The notes below the pieces were generated by a model, which worked only from the letters and a program-made list of their open reading frames with translations, ran no database searches and was not told where the DNA came from. A stretch of DNA of 64,000 nucleotides. Origin: Bacteroidales bacterium. GTDB lineage: Bacteria; Bacteroidota; Bacteroidia; Bacteroidales; F082. The stretch lies in the NCBI GenBank assembly GCA_024400395.1, contig JAKSMW010000004.1, positions 34,467 through 98,466 on the forward strand, read 5' to 3'. Both the position numbers and the translations under genes were made by a program. Shown here in pieces: positions 42,293 through 50,915 of this stretch. Each line of letters opens with the position of its first letter. The first letter of the stretch is position 1.

Positions 42293-43114
42293 ATGAAGAA
42301 ATTGCTATTGTTGATGTTTTTTGCAACATCAATAATGATTGTTGGTTGCAAAAAAGAATCTGAAGAACCCAAGCCAAGCAAAATTTTTGGCTTCATAAAT
42401 GGAGCGTTTTCTGTTAGTGAGACGAAGCAAGTCTATTTTGCGAGCGGTAACTTGCAGTACAACCAATCATCATTTGATTGGCGATTTGCCGAGCACCAAT
42501 ATGACATCTGCGGAGAAAAGAACAATCACTGCGGTGACTTTTCTCATGATGGTTATATCGACTTGTTCGGTTGGAGCACTGCAAGTACATTCTTTGGCAT
42601 AGATACAGCAATTGATGTAAATTCATATAGAGGTAATTTCGTTGATTGGGGACATAATGTCGGTAATGATTGGTACACTTTGAGTGGAGATGAATGGTGG
42701 TATCTGATATTGGGACGTTCAAATTGCGAACATCTTAAAGCTGTTGGATGCGTGAACAATCAAAATGGCTTGATTCTTTTGCCGGATAATTGGCAACTGC
42801 CAGAAAACATTAGATTTACACCAGGAGTTGCAAATGGGAATGGTGCCGAATATTATTCCCAAGTTAATACCTTCAGCAAAGAACAATGGGAAATAATGGA
42901 ATCAGCAGGAGCTGTATTTCTGCCTGTGTCTGGTTCTCGCACTGGCTCACAATATGAAAACAGCCAAAATCAATGCCAATATTGGTCTTCTTACAGATTT
43001 GAGCCAAACCCAACATGCGCTGAAATTCTATTTTTAACTTCAATCAATGTGACACGTACTAACACATATGTTTTTTATGGCATTCCAGTTCGTCTTGTAA
43101 AGGATGTGCAATAA
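42293..43114 (+). CDS. Surface lipoprotein, paralog of the C-terminal domain of the preceding gene
   Basis: Lipobox IMIVGC. FSVSETKQVYFASGNLQ..WRFAEHQYD..IDLFGWSTAS..NFVDWG..EQWEIMESAGAVFLP..IPVRLVKD aligns colinearly with 40887-42281. Confidence 0.7.
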   Translation: MKKLLLLMFFATSIMIVGCKKESEEPKPSKIFGFINGAFSVSETKQVYFASGNLQYNQSSFDWRFAEHQYDICGEKNNHCGDFSHDGYIDLFGWSTASTFFGIDTAIDVNSYRGNFVDWGHNVGNDWYTLSGDEWWYLILGRSNCEHLKAVGCVNNQNGLILLPDNWQLPENIRFTPGVANGNGAEYYSQVNTFSKEQWEIMESAGAVFLPVSGSRTGSQYENSQNQCQYWSSYRFEPNPTCAEILFLTSINVTRTNTYVFYGIPVRLVKDVQ

Positions 43115-43161
43115 GTTTATAAATATAAAGTGTTGCCAGGAAAATAAATAAGTATAGGTAA

Positions 43162-44166
43162 ATGGACAAGTTTGTTAAAGCGAATACAATGGCTTTGATT
43201 TGCATCACGATGACATTTTTCGTATCGTGTAATAAAGCCAATACTGAATCTGGTGGCGGTTCAGTTCAGACTGTGGCGACTGTCACCACCAATGACATAA
43301 CAGAGGTGACGGCTACAACGGCTGTTTGCGGTGGTGAGGTAAAGATGGAGAACGGTTGGAGAGTTGTTGAACGTGGTGTATGTTGGAATACTGAACCCAA
43401 CCCAACGCCATCAGATTTTCATACATCTGACGGAGAAGGCTTGGGTAAATTTACATCGAATATAACAGGACTCATAGAAAACACCAAGTATTATGTTCGG
43501 GCGTATGCCATCAATGATGCAGGTACTGGGTTTGGTTCAGAGATAAGTTTCACAACCAAGATCGGAAGTTGGAGTGGTGAGCATGAATATGTTGATCTTG
43601 GTCTCCCAAGCGGATTGCTGTGGGCGACATGTAACGTTGGAGCAAACACGCCAGAAGATTTAGGTGACTACTTCGCATGGGGTGAGACCACGACAAAGAA
43701 CTATTACGGCTGGTTTCTTTCATACAAATGGTACAACGATTCATGTAATTCCATCACAAAATATTGTTCGGATTCACATTTCGGTGTAGTTGACAATAAA
43801 ACTATTCTTGATCCTGATGATGATGTTGCTCATGTCAAATGGGGCGAAAATTGGAGAATGCCGACATGCGACGAAATCAATGAGCTGAAGACCAATTGTA
43901 CATTTGTCTGGACAACACAAAATGGAGTTCCTGGTATTCTTGTCACTGGGCAGAACGACAACAGCATCTTCCTGCCGGCTGCCGGCTACCACATTGATGA
44001 GAGTCACTATGATGCCTTTATGTGCGGTACTTATTGGTCTAGTTCGTTAGAATCCGAATACCCTGAGGTCGCATTTTGTTTGAGCTTCTCTGTCGGATTT
44101 AATGGCATATATGATTTCGGTCGCCATGGTGGACTTTCTGTGCGCCCAGTTTCCACATGTAAATAA
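43162..44166 (+). CDS. Surface lipoprotein with Ig/FN3-like N-domain and FISUMP/DUF1566-like C-terminal domain
   Basis: Lipobox TFFVSC. TTNDITEVTATTAVCGGEV...RGVCWNTEPNPT. YVDLGLPSGLLWATCNVGANTPEDLGDYFAWGET. WRMPTCDEINEL...IFLPAAGY...YWSSS...GLSVRPV. Confidence 0.7.
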   Translation: MDKFVKANTMALICITMTFFVSCNKANTESGGGSVQTVATVTTNDITEVTATTAVCGGEVKMENGWRVVERGVCWNTEPNPTPSDFHTSDGEGLGKFTSNITGLIENTKYYVRAYAINDAGTGFGSEISFTTKIGSWSGEHEYVDLGLPSGLLWATCNVGANTPEDLGDYFAWGETTTKNYYGWFLSYKWYNDSCNSITKYCSDSHFGVVDNKTILDPDDDVAHVKWGENWRMPTCDEINELKTNCTFVWTTQNGVPGILVTGQNDNSIFLPAAGYHIDESHYDAFMCGTYWSSSLESEYPEVAFCLSFSVGFNGIYDFGRHGGLSVRPVSTCK

Positions 44167-44202
44167 GTAGATTGAGTTATTAATAAACATTCTGTTAGCA
44201 AG

Positions 44203-44229
44203 GGGGTGGCAAGAGCCGCCCCTTTTTTT
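44203..44229 (+). terminator. Rho-independent terminator of the lipoprotein triad
   Basis: GGGGTGGC-aaga-GCCGCCCC followed by TTTTTTT. Confidence 0.85.
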
Positions 44230-44265
44230 CTGGCTGTGATTTAATGAAAAGTAATTGTATGTATT

Positions 44266-44314
44266 TTAAAAAATAAAGGAGCTAAATATCTGTCAATTAA
44301 ATATTTAACTCCTT
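44266..44314 (-). terminator. Terminator of tRNA-Arg
   Basis: On the minus strand: AAGGAGTTAAATAT-loop-ATATTTAGCTCCTT (13 of 14 bp paired) followed by TATTTTTT. Confidence 0.65.
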
Positions 44315-44321
44315 GTTTCTG

Positions 44322-44393
44322 TACCCCAGCTGGGAATCGAACCCAAATCTAAAGTTTAGGAAACTTCCATTCTATCCGTTGAACTACCGGGGC
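44322..44393 (-). tRNA. tRNA-Arg (anticodon CCT)
   Basis: Hand-folded 72-nt cloverleaf: GCCCCGG TA GTTC AACGGATA GAAT G GAAGT TTCCTAA ACTTT AGAT TTGGG TTCGATT CCCAG CTGGGGT A. It has the GG D-loop and TTCGATT T-loop. CCA is not encoded. Confidence 0.85.
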
Positions 44394-44456
44394 AACTTTT
44401 CGGCTGCAAAGATACTAATTTTTTCAATCTGTTGTAATTTATATTTTCTAATTATG

Positions 44457-44464
44457 TAAATTTG
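44457..44464 (+). promoter_or_regulatory. -7 promoter box TAAATTTG
   Basis: Exact match, 16 nt before ATG 44481. Confidence 0.55.
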
Positions 44465-44480
44465 CAAAGTTTTTGGAATT

Positions 44481-45461
44481 ATGAATAAAAAAGTCTCTAA
44501 GTCGTTGTCTTACATAGCGTTTCTCGCTCTCGGACTCGCATTGCTGTGGTTCAGCTTCCGCAATGTGAACCTGCACGGGCTTTGGAATGACGTGAAAACC
44601 GCTAAAATCTCGTGGCTTTTGCTGAGTCTGGTATGCCTCGCGGCTTCGTTGTTTTTCAGGGCGTTGAGATGGAACATCCAGATTGAGGCGATGGGCTACA
44701 AGACGCGAGCGTCTTCAACCTACGGCGCCGTCTTGATTGCGTATTTCGCGAACTGCATCTTCCCGCGCCTCGGCGAAGTGGTGCGCTGCTCCGTCCTCAA
44801 ACGCAAGGAAAACATCCCGTTCGACAAAAACCTCGGCAGCGTCGTCTCCGAACGCATCATCGACCTGTGCGTGCTTTTCCTGCTCGCGTTCTTGGTCATC
44901 GTATTCCAATGGCAGCTGCTCGGAACTTTGATCACTTCATGGATGATACCATTAATTAATAAGGTGAAAGGCAATGTCATGCTCGGTGTGGTTGCAGTGG
45001 CGGCAGCCGTCGTTTTCGTAATCTTCATCATCAGACTTTGCAAGAAAAGCAGCAAACTTGCCAAGATTTGGCACGGCTTCGTCGATGGTGTCAAGAGTGT
45101 CGTCACAATGAAAAGAAAGTGGCGTTTTATTCTTTACACGTTAGGGGTTTGGGGATTTTATGTCGTCATGACATGGCTGCCGTTTTACATGTTGAGTGAG
45201 ACGTCGCAGCTCGGTTTTGTCGAGGCTGTCACTCTTCTCGGCATTGCGACATTGGGCGTGGTGGCACCGGTTCCTGGCGGCATCGGCACTTATCATTTCA
45301 TCTGTATCACGCTGTTGAGCGGTTTTTACGGGATTTCCGAGCAGACCGCCGGCTCCTTTGCAGCCTTAAACCACGGCTCACAGATGATTTTCTACATCAT
45401 CACCGGAGTCGTGGCTTACATCGTAATGATGTTTTTCGATAAAAGAGAAGCAAAAAATTAA
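44481..45461 (+). CDS. Polytopic membrane protein, lysyl-PG-synthase-TM / flippase-like (UPF0104) family
   Basis: 326 aa with about 8 TM helices. The N-terminus (LALGLALLWFSFRNV) and overall layout resemble UPF0104. The family call comes from memory. Confidence 0.6.
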   Translation: MNKKVSKSLSYIAFLALGLALLWFSFRNVNLHGLWNDVKTAKISWLLLSLVCLAASLFFRALRWNIQIEAMGYKTRASSTYGAVLIAYFANCIFPRLGEVVRCSVLKRKENIPFDKNLGSVVSERIIDLCVLFLLAFLVIVFQWQLLGTLITSWMIPLINKVKGNVMLGVVAVAAAVVFVIFIIRLCKKSSKLAKIWHGFVDGVKSVVTMKRKWRFILYTLGVWGFYVVMTWLPFYMLSETSQLGFVEAVTLLGIATLGVVAPVPGGIGTYHFICITLLSGFYGISEQTAGSFAALNHGSQMIFYIITGVVAYIVMMFFDKREAKN

Positions 45462-45632
45462 AAAACTTGTGCACTTGTGTTAAAAAATAAACATTAAATT
45501 AAAAAACTTGTGCAACTCGTGATATAAACTTGTGCAGCTTGTGTTAAAAAATAAATCTTTAAATTGAAAAACTTGTGCAACTCGTGATATAAACTTGTGC
45601 AACTTGTGTTTAAAAATAAATTATAAAAATTT
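45461..45632. repeat. Compound ~65-bp tandem repeat (about 2.6 copies) containing five ACTTGTGCA(A/G)CT(T/C)GTG cores
   Basis: ACTTGTGCAACTCGTG occurs at 45506 and 45571 (period 65). The array shares the exact 12-mer GTGCAACTTGTG with the 15846-15985 array. Confidence 0.9.
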
Positions 45633-45636
45633 GATT

Positions 45637-46128
45637 ATGAACTACTTTGAAAATATTAAAAGCAAAATACTTGACGGAAAGAATCTTGAAAATTGGCTTG
45701 AAGAATGTCGCCGAAGCGGAAAGAAAATCGTGTTTTCCAACGGCTGTTTCGATATTTTACATCGCGGTCACGTTGAATATCTTTCAAAAGCCGCTGCGAA
45801 AGGTGATGTCCTGATAATAGGTTTGAACACCGACGCTTCCGTGCGCCGTCTCAAAGGCCCGTCACGTCCCGTCAACGATGAGAACGCCCGTGCCTTCGTG
45901 CTTGCCGCCCTCGGTTTTGTTAGTGCGGTGACGCTTTTCGATGAAGACACGCCTTACCAATTAATTAATAAGGTGCAGCCCGATGTCCTCGTGAAAGGTA
46001 GCGACTACAAACCTGAAGACATCGTGGGCTACGGCATTGTGATGGCAAAAGGCGGGTGCGTCGAGACAATCGATCTCGTGGAAGGATTTTCCACAACGAA
46101 AACAATTGAAAAACTTTCCTGCAAATAG
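45637..46128 (+). CDS. Cytidylyl/adenylyltransferase, RfaE domain II-like (D-glycero-beta-D-manno-heptose-1-phosphate adenylyltransferase-like)
   Basis: Start moved to ATG 45637 (MNYFENIK), because the upstream ORF extension lies in a tandem repeat. FSNGCFDILHRGHVEYL carries the HxGH motif. Confidence 0.75.
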   Translation: MNYFENIKSKILDGKNLENWLEECRRSGKKIVFSNGCFDILHRGHVEYLSKAAAKGDVLIIGLNTDASVRRLKGPSRPVNDENARAFVLAALGFVSAVTLFDEDTPYQLINKVQPDVLVKGSDYKPEDIVGYGIVMAKGGCVETIDLVEGFSTTKTIEKLSCK

Positions 46129-46152
46129 TATCTGATAACGCAGATAAACAAA

Positions 46153-46181
46153 ATAGAACGGCAAATTGTCGTCCTATTTTT
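46153..46181. terminator. Weak hairpin terminator between convergent rfaE-II-like and rlmI-like genes
   Basis: ATAGAACG-gcaaattgt-CGTCCTAT (7 of 8 bp paired) followed by TTTTT. Confidence 0.4.
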
Positions 46182-46220
46182 GTAATAAATGCGCATTTAA
46201 TCTGTGTGTCACATACTTTT

Positions 46221-47423
46221 TCATCCTATCTGAAGGACCAGCCCTTTGAGGTATGCGCCTTCCGGATGATAAATGTTAATCGGATGGTCTTCCGGTTGCG
46301 AAAGCTGATGTAAAATCCTGATTTTCCTGCCGGTTTCGATAGCCGCTGCCATCACGATGCTTTGGAATTGTGCTCTGTCAACAGCTTGTGAGCAGCTGAA
46401 CGTGAACAGAAGTCCGCCTTCTTTGATTTTCTTGATTGCTTCTTTGTTGATGAATTTATAACCAAGAAGCCCGCGGTGCAATGACTTGTGATTTTTTACA
46501 AAAGCCGGTGGGTCAAGGATTATCATATCAAATTGATTTTCAGGCATGTTCTGAAGATAAAGCTTGGCATCTTCATCTATGATTGGGTTTGTATCTTTTG
46601 AAAATCCGTTCAATTCGATATTTTTTTCGCAAACTGTCAACGCCTTCTTCGAGCTATCAACGGAGATAACCTGTTTTGCGCCGCCTTTCAATGCTGTCAC
46701 CGAGAAGCCGCCCGTGTAGCAGAAAGTATTCAAGACAGTGCGGTCTTTCGCAAGTTTTCCAACTAAATCGCGGTTGAAACGTTGGTCGAGGAAAAAGCCC
46801 GTTTTCTGACCTTCTTCCCAGTCAATCAAGAACTTAGAATCGTTTTCGAGAACGAAATCCTCACATTTTCCGCCAAGGAGATAACCGTTATCAACGGCAT
46901 CTTTTCCCATGCGCTGCATTGCTTCGGAACTCTTGTTGTAAATCGCTTCAAGTTTCAAATCTGGGATTGCCTCAAGTGCGAGAGCTATCGCCTTGATGTT
47001 CAACGCCATACCTTCAGTCTGCGCCTGGATGACAGCGGTTTTTCCGTAGATGTCGATGATAAGCCCCGGAAGTCCGTCGCCTTCGGAATGGACGAGACGG
47101 TAGCAGTTAGTATGTTGATTATCAACAAATCCGAGAGCTTTACGATTCTCGAAAGCGGCGTTGAGGCGTTGCTGCCAGAACATTGCGCCGATTTTTGTGT
47201 TTTCGAATGAGAGAAGTTTCACGGCGATGTTGCCTGCCTCGCAGAAACCGGTGCCGATAATCTCGTCGTTATTATCTGTAACTGTCACAATATCACCTGC
47301 TTGAATGCCTTCAGGACCTGATTCGATGGCACCCGAAAAAATCCAAGGATGAAAACGTTTCACTGCATCGTCTTTGCCTTTGTGAAGTTTGATAACTGGG
47401 TATAATGGAGTCATAATATTCAA
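46221..47423 (-). CDS. Class I SAM-dependent rRNA (cytosine-C5) methyltransferase, RlmI-like with PUA domain
   Basis: HPWIFSGAI PUA-like N-terminus. VLNTFCYTGGFSV SAM motif. ILDPPAF motif IV. Confidence 0.8.
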   Translation of the reverse strand: MNIMTPLYPVIKLHKGKDDAVKRFHPWIFSGAIESGPEGIQAGDIVTVTDNNDEIIGTGFCEAGNIAVKLLSFENTKIGAMFWQQRLNAAFENRKALGFVDNQHTNCYRLVHSEGDGLPGLIIDIYGKTAVIQAQTEGMALNIKAIALALEAIPDLKLEAIYNKSSEAMQRMGKDAVDNGYLLGGKCEDFVLENDSKFLIDWEEGQKTGFFLDQRFNRDLVGKLAKDRTVLNTFCYTGGFSVTALKGGAKQVISVDSSKKALTVCEKNIELNGFSKDTNPIIDEDAKLYLQNMPENQFDMIILDPPAFVKNHKSLHRGLLGYKFINKEAIKKIKEGGLLFTFSCSQAVDRAQFQSIVMAAAIETGRKIRILHQLSQPEDHPINIYHPEGAYLKGLVLQIG

Positions 47424-47473
47424 AATATTTAGTTTGCTAAAATATGGATTTTTTGTTTTGTCTTGCTAAATTT

Positions 47474-49066
47474 TTACTCCGCCATCAGATTCTCAAACTG
47501 GAACTTGTCGCCGTCAAATAGTCCTTTGTCGCTGAGTTTCAACGATGGGATGACCAACAACGCCATGAATCCCATTGTCATAAACGGAGCGTTAAGCGTC
47601 GTGCCGAGGTTTTTTGCAAACTTATCGACATCTTTGTATGCCTCCGCAACCATGTAACCGTCGCCGTTGTTCATCAGGCCGGCGACAGGCATCGGCATGG
47701 TGACGCAGATTTCCTTTGAATATGCGGTGATGCCGCCTTTGCATGTAACGATTTGATTTACAGCGGCTGCCATCTCTTCATCGCTGCATCCGACAACAAC
47801 AATATTGTGACTGTCGTGGGCAATGCTTGACGCCAATGCACCTCTTTTCAGACCGAAATTCTTGACATAGCCGACAGCTGGCTTTGACTTTTGGTATCTG
47901 TTGATGACGGCGATTTTCAAGACATCAGGGTCGTGGCGGTCAACAACGACTTTGTTTGTCACCAATTGTCCGGGAATGATTTCTATCACATTGACTTTCT
48001 TTCCGTTTTCTTCAACGTAAAAATCAGCTGCGGTGACAGGTTCGGCATTGAAGTTGTTGATAGGTGTAGTCGCAATATGAGCGAGTTTGCTTTCTCCGTT
48101 TTCAGCCACGAGTTCACCATTGATGTAAGTCTGTAAGACATTGAAATTCTTGAAGTTATCAATGACGATAAAGTCGGCGGGGTCGTTTTTTTGCAGAAGA
48201 CCGATTTTCATCTTATAATGTTCAACGGGTGCCACGGTTGCGGCTCTGATAACATCGAATTTGTCGTAACCCAATGATATTGCGCGTCTTACGGAATCGT
48301 TAATGTGACATTTTATGAGGTCATCTGGATGACGGTCATCGGAGCAGAACATGACTTTGTCGGGGCAGGTTTTGAAAAGCGGCACGAGGGCATCGAAGTT
48401 TTTGGCTGCGCTGCCTTCGCGGATTAATATTTTCATGCCAAGTTTCACTTTTTCAAGTGCTTCCTCCAAAGTGAAGCATTCGTGGTCGGTGCTTATTCCG
48501 GCTCCGACATATTTTTTTGCGTCGTCTCCAGTCACGCCCGGTGCGTGTCCGTCGATGGGTTTGTCGTGACGTCTTGCGGCTTCGAGTTTCAGGTGAACTT
48601 CTTCGTCATTGAAAATGACACTGGGGTAATTCATCATCTCGCCAAGGAAATGGATGTCGTCCATCGCCATCAAGGTTTCGATGTCGTTGTGGTCGATGAC
48701 AGCACCCGATGTCTCGAAAGTCGTTGCCGGAACACAGCTCGGCGCGCCGAAATAAAATTTGAAAGGAACTGATTTTCCGTTGTCAATCATAAAACGTATT
48801 CCGTTGATGCCCAATACGTTGGCTATTTCATGCGGGTCACATACCGCACCGACGCTGCCGTGAACGACAGCCATTCTCGCAAACTCCGACGGCACAAGCA
48901 TTGAACTTTCGATGTGAATGTGTGCGTCAACCATGCCCGGCATAATTATGTTTGTGCTGTTGTTCGGTTCCTCAACGATGTCGGTAATCTTGCCGTTTTC
49001 CACCGTCACTGTGCCGGGAAACATCTTTCTCCCGACAACATCAATAATTTGACCTGAAATTTTCAT
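47474..49066 (-). CDS. ade: Adenine deaminase
   Basis: MPGMVDAHIHIESSML metal-binding motif. 530-aa two-domain layout typical of Ade. Confidence 0.85.
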   Translation of the reverse strand: MKISGQIIDVVGRKMFPGTVTVENGKITDIVEEPNNSTNIIMPGMVDAHIHIESSMLVPSEFARMAVVHGSVGAVCDPHEIANVLGINGIRFMIDNGKSVPFKFYFGAPSCVPATTFETSGAVIDHNDIETLMAMDDIHFLGEMMNYPSVIFNDEEVHLKLEAARRHDKPIDGHAPGVTGDDAKKYVGAGISTDHECFTLEEALEKVKLGMKILIREGSAAKNFDALVPLFKTCPDKVMFCSDDRHPDDLIKCHINDSVRRAISLGYDKFDVIRAATVAPVEHYKMKIGLLQKNDPADFIVIDNFKNFNVLQTYINGELVAENGESKLAHIATTPINNFNAEPVTAADFYVEENGKKVNVIEIIPGQLVTNKVVVDRHDPDVLKIAVINRYQKSKPAVGYVKNFGLKRGALASSIAHDSHNIVVVGCSDEEMAAAVNQIVTCKGGITAYSKEICVTMPMPVAGLMNNGDGYMVAEAYKDVDKFAKNLGTTLNAPFMTMGFMALLVIPSLKLSDKGLFDGDKFQFENLMAE

Positions 49067-49105
49067 CTCTTCAATTTTATATCTAATATTTTATCTTTTA
49101 ACAAA

Positions 49106-50839
49106 TTAAAGCTCCCAAGGCTCATCTAAATCAATGTCCCAGTTGGCTTTTACATCAAGTTCGGTCTTGTAAAATACAATCTTTTCCGGCTGGATTTTAC
49201 GTCGGAAACTGCCTGGACTCCATTCGCCGTTGGCATCCATGTCGTAAGTGGCCCTTAATTTATATTTTCCGGCTTCAAGATATTCAAAAGCGACCTCTTG
49301 TGTCTCTGTAATTATCTGTTTGTCAATAATTTTATCTTTTGTATCGAGCAAATCCACAATAATTTGCGGAACGTTTTCAGGCACTTCGACGGTAAGATAA
49401 ATGTTGCCGTATTGTGCGAGTTCCGGGACTGAAAAGCCGAGTTTCAAAGTGTCGTTGGTCAAGCCGCGGAAACCGAAAAACACCGAATCAGGAATGATAA
49501 TCTGGTACTTTTCTTCGGGTTTGAAACTCTTTTCAACTTTATATTGAAAACCGTATTCATCAATTTTTGTAAAATGTAAGTCATTGTAAATCGTATCTTT
49601 AGTGGTGATAAACCACATTGTGTCGCGCATCGCAACGTCAACAATCGGGTCGTTGAATGAAAGAATCAGCTGCTGTTCCGGCTTCAGTTTGTTGCCCGAA
49701 GCGTTGTTTTTGATGTTCAGCCGTTTTACGACAACTTCTTCTTCGTCTTTCTTGCGTTTGTTCGGTTTCACGGCCTTCCGCATTTTAAGGCTGTAATGTG
49801 TCGTGTCCTTTATTATTGTATCATAATTGATGCAAATCCAGAGACTGTCGATTTCTGGCGTCACAAACCATGAAACCGTGTCTTTTTTTGCGGAAAAAAC
49901 TTTCATGATTTTGATGCTGTCGGGAAGCTCGTCTTTTGGCTCAATGCTCACATTATCAGCGGGATAGCGGAAAGTAAAGCGAAGCACTCCGTCATCAAGA
50001 GTCTCTTTTTTAAGAAGTTTCTGAATGGAATCTTCTTCGACAAAAGTGTTGAGATTATATTTCGTTGTGTCGAAAGGAGCAGGTTTCATTACAACGGAGT
50101 CTTTTATTGCTGTGTCAATAACAAATTGATTTACAGGAATATATTGAGGTTTCACCATTTCTGGATAGTAACCGATTTCTTCATTTGGAAGGTCGAAAAG
50201 CATGTTTGAATTGACATCTTTGATTGCGAAAAGAAGATATTCCTTGCCGGCGAGACCTGAAAACGCAAACTCGCCTTTTTTGTTTGTCTTTGTCATGTAA
50301 TTCGGGACGATGCAGTAAGGCAGCGAATCGAGTTTGACGGTATCGTTATCATCGGAATAAAGGAAGACGAAGAAGTCCTCCGCCGGTTTTAAAGTCTGTG
50401 CCGAAACCGCTTTTCCGGCAAGCGAGAGAGTATCAAGGTTTTCTCCTGTCGAAAACACAAACACATAGTCTTTCAATATGTTACCTTCGTGCAGGTCTTT
50501 TATGGCATTGCCGAAATTGATGGAATATGTCGTTTCTGGTTTCAAATCCTCCTCAAACCTGATTTGAAGAGTTTTCCCGTTCAGACGGTATGTCGGCGAC
50601 TTTTTCTGCGGTGGCGAAATCAGGATGTTTTTGTTGGCATTGTCGAGCGTGACGAACTCGTCAAAGGTGACGTTGATGGTTTTGTCCGAAAAATTTTTTG
50701 AAAAATTATCTGGAGATGTGCCTAAAACCACAGGCGGAATTTCGTCTTTGGGACCGCCGGTTGGAGAAACGGCATTGGCGCATCCATTGATAATCAATGC
50801 GATAAATATTAAAACTATGTAATCTAAAATTTTTTTCAT
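49106..50839 (-). CDS. Ig-like (SbsA/Big_5-type) domain lipoprotein
   Basis: The lipobox INGCANAVSPTGGPKDEIPPVV is the typical N-terminus of a conserved Bacteroidota Ig-like lipoprotein family. Confidence 0.65.
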   Translation of the reverse strand: MKKILDYIVLIFIALIINGCANAVSPTGGPKDEIPPVVLGTSPDNFSKNFSDKTINVTFDEFVTLDNANKNILISPPQKKSPTYRLNGKTLQIRFEEDLKPETTYSINFGNAIKDLHEGNILKDYVFVFSTGENLDTLSLAGKAVSAQTLKPAEDFFVFLYSDDNDTVKLDSLPYCIVPNYMTKTNKKGEFAFSGLAGKEYLLFAIKDVNSNMLFDLPNEEIGYYPEMVKPQYIPVNQFVIDTAIKDSVVMKPAPFDTTKYNLNTFVEEDSIQKLLKKETLDDGVLRFTFRYPADNVSIEPKDELPDSIKIMKVFSAKKDTVSWFVTPEIDSLWICINYDTIIKDTTHYSLKMRKAVKPNKRKKDEEEVVVKRLNIKNNASGNKLKPEQQLILSFNDPIVDVAMRDTMWFITTKDTIYNDLHFTKIDEYGFQYKVEKSFKPEEKYQIIIPDSVFFGFRGLTNDTLKLGFSVPELAQYGNIYLTVEVPENVPQIIVDLLDTKDKIIDKQIITETQEVAFEYLEAGKYKLRATYDMDANGEWSPGSFRRKIQPEKIVFYKTELDVKANWDIDLDEPWEL

Positions 50840-50843
50840 GCTG

Positions 50844-50851
50844 CAAAAATA
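50844..50851 (-). promoter_or_regulatory. -7 promoter box TATTTTTG
   Basis: Exact match on the minus strand, only 4 nt before ATG 50839. This implies a leaderless mRNA. Confidence 0.4.
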
Positions 50852-50887
50852 GTAAAAAAAAACGAACTTCCGTAAGCTAAAATTATG

Positions 50888-50895
50888 TAATTTTG
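50888..50895 (+). promoter_or_regulatory. -7 promoter box TAATTTTG
   Basis: Exact match, 20 nt before ATG 50916. Confidence 0.55.
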
Positions 50896-50915
50896 GCGAT
50901 TAAAATATTAAAAAT

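Noticed and set aside
44166-44393. Looked for an integrase gene or a duplicated tRNA 3' segment that would prove a tRNA-targeted integrative element.
   Set aside because: No integrase/recombinase ORF and no visible second copy of the tRNA 3' end were found in 36.8-44.3 kb. The island idea is kept only as a low-confidence inference.
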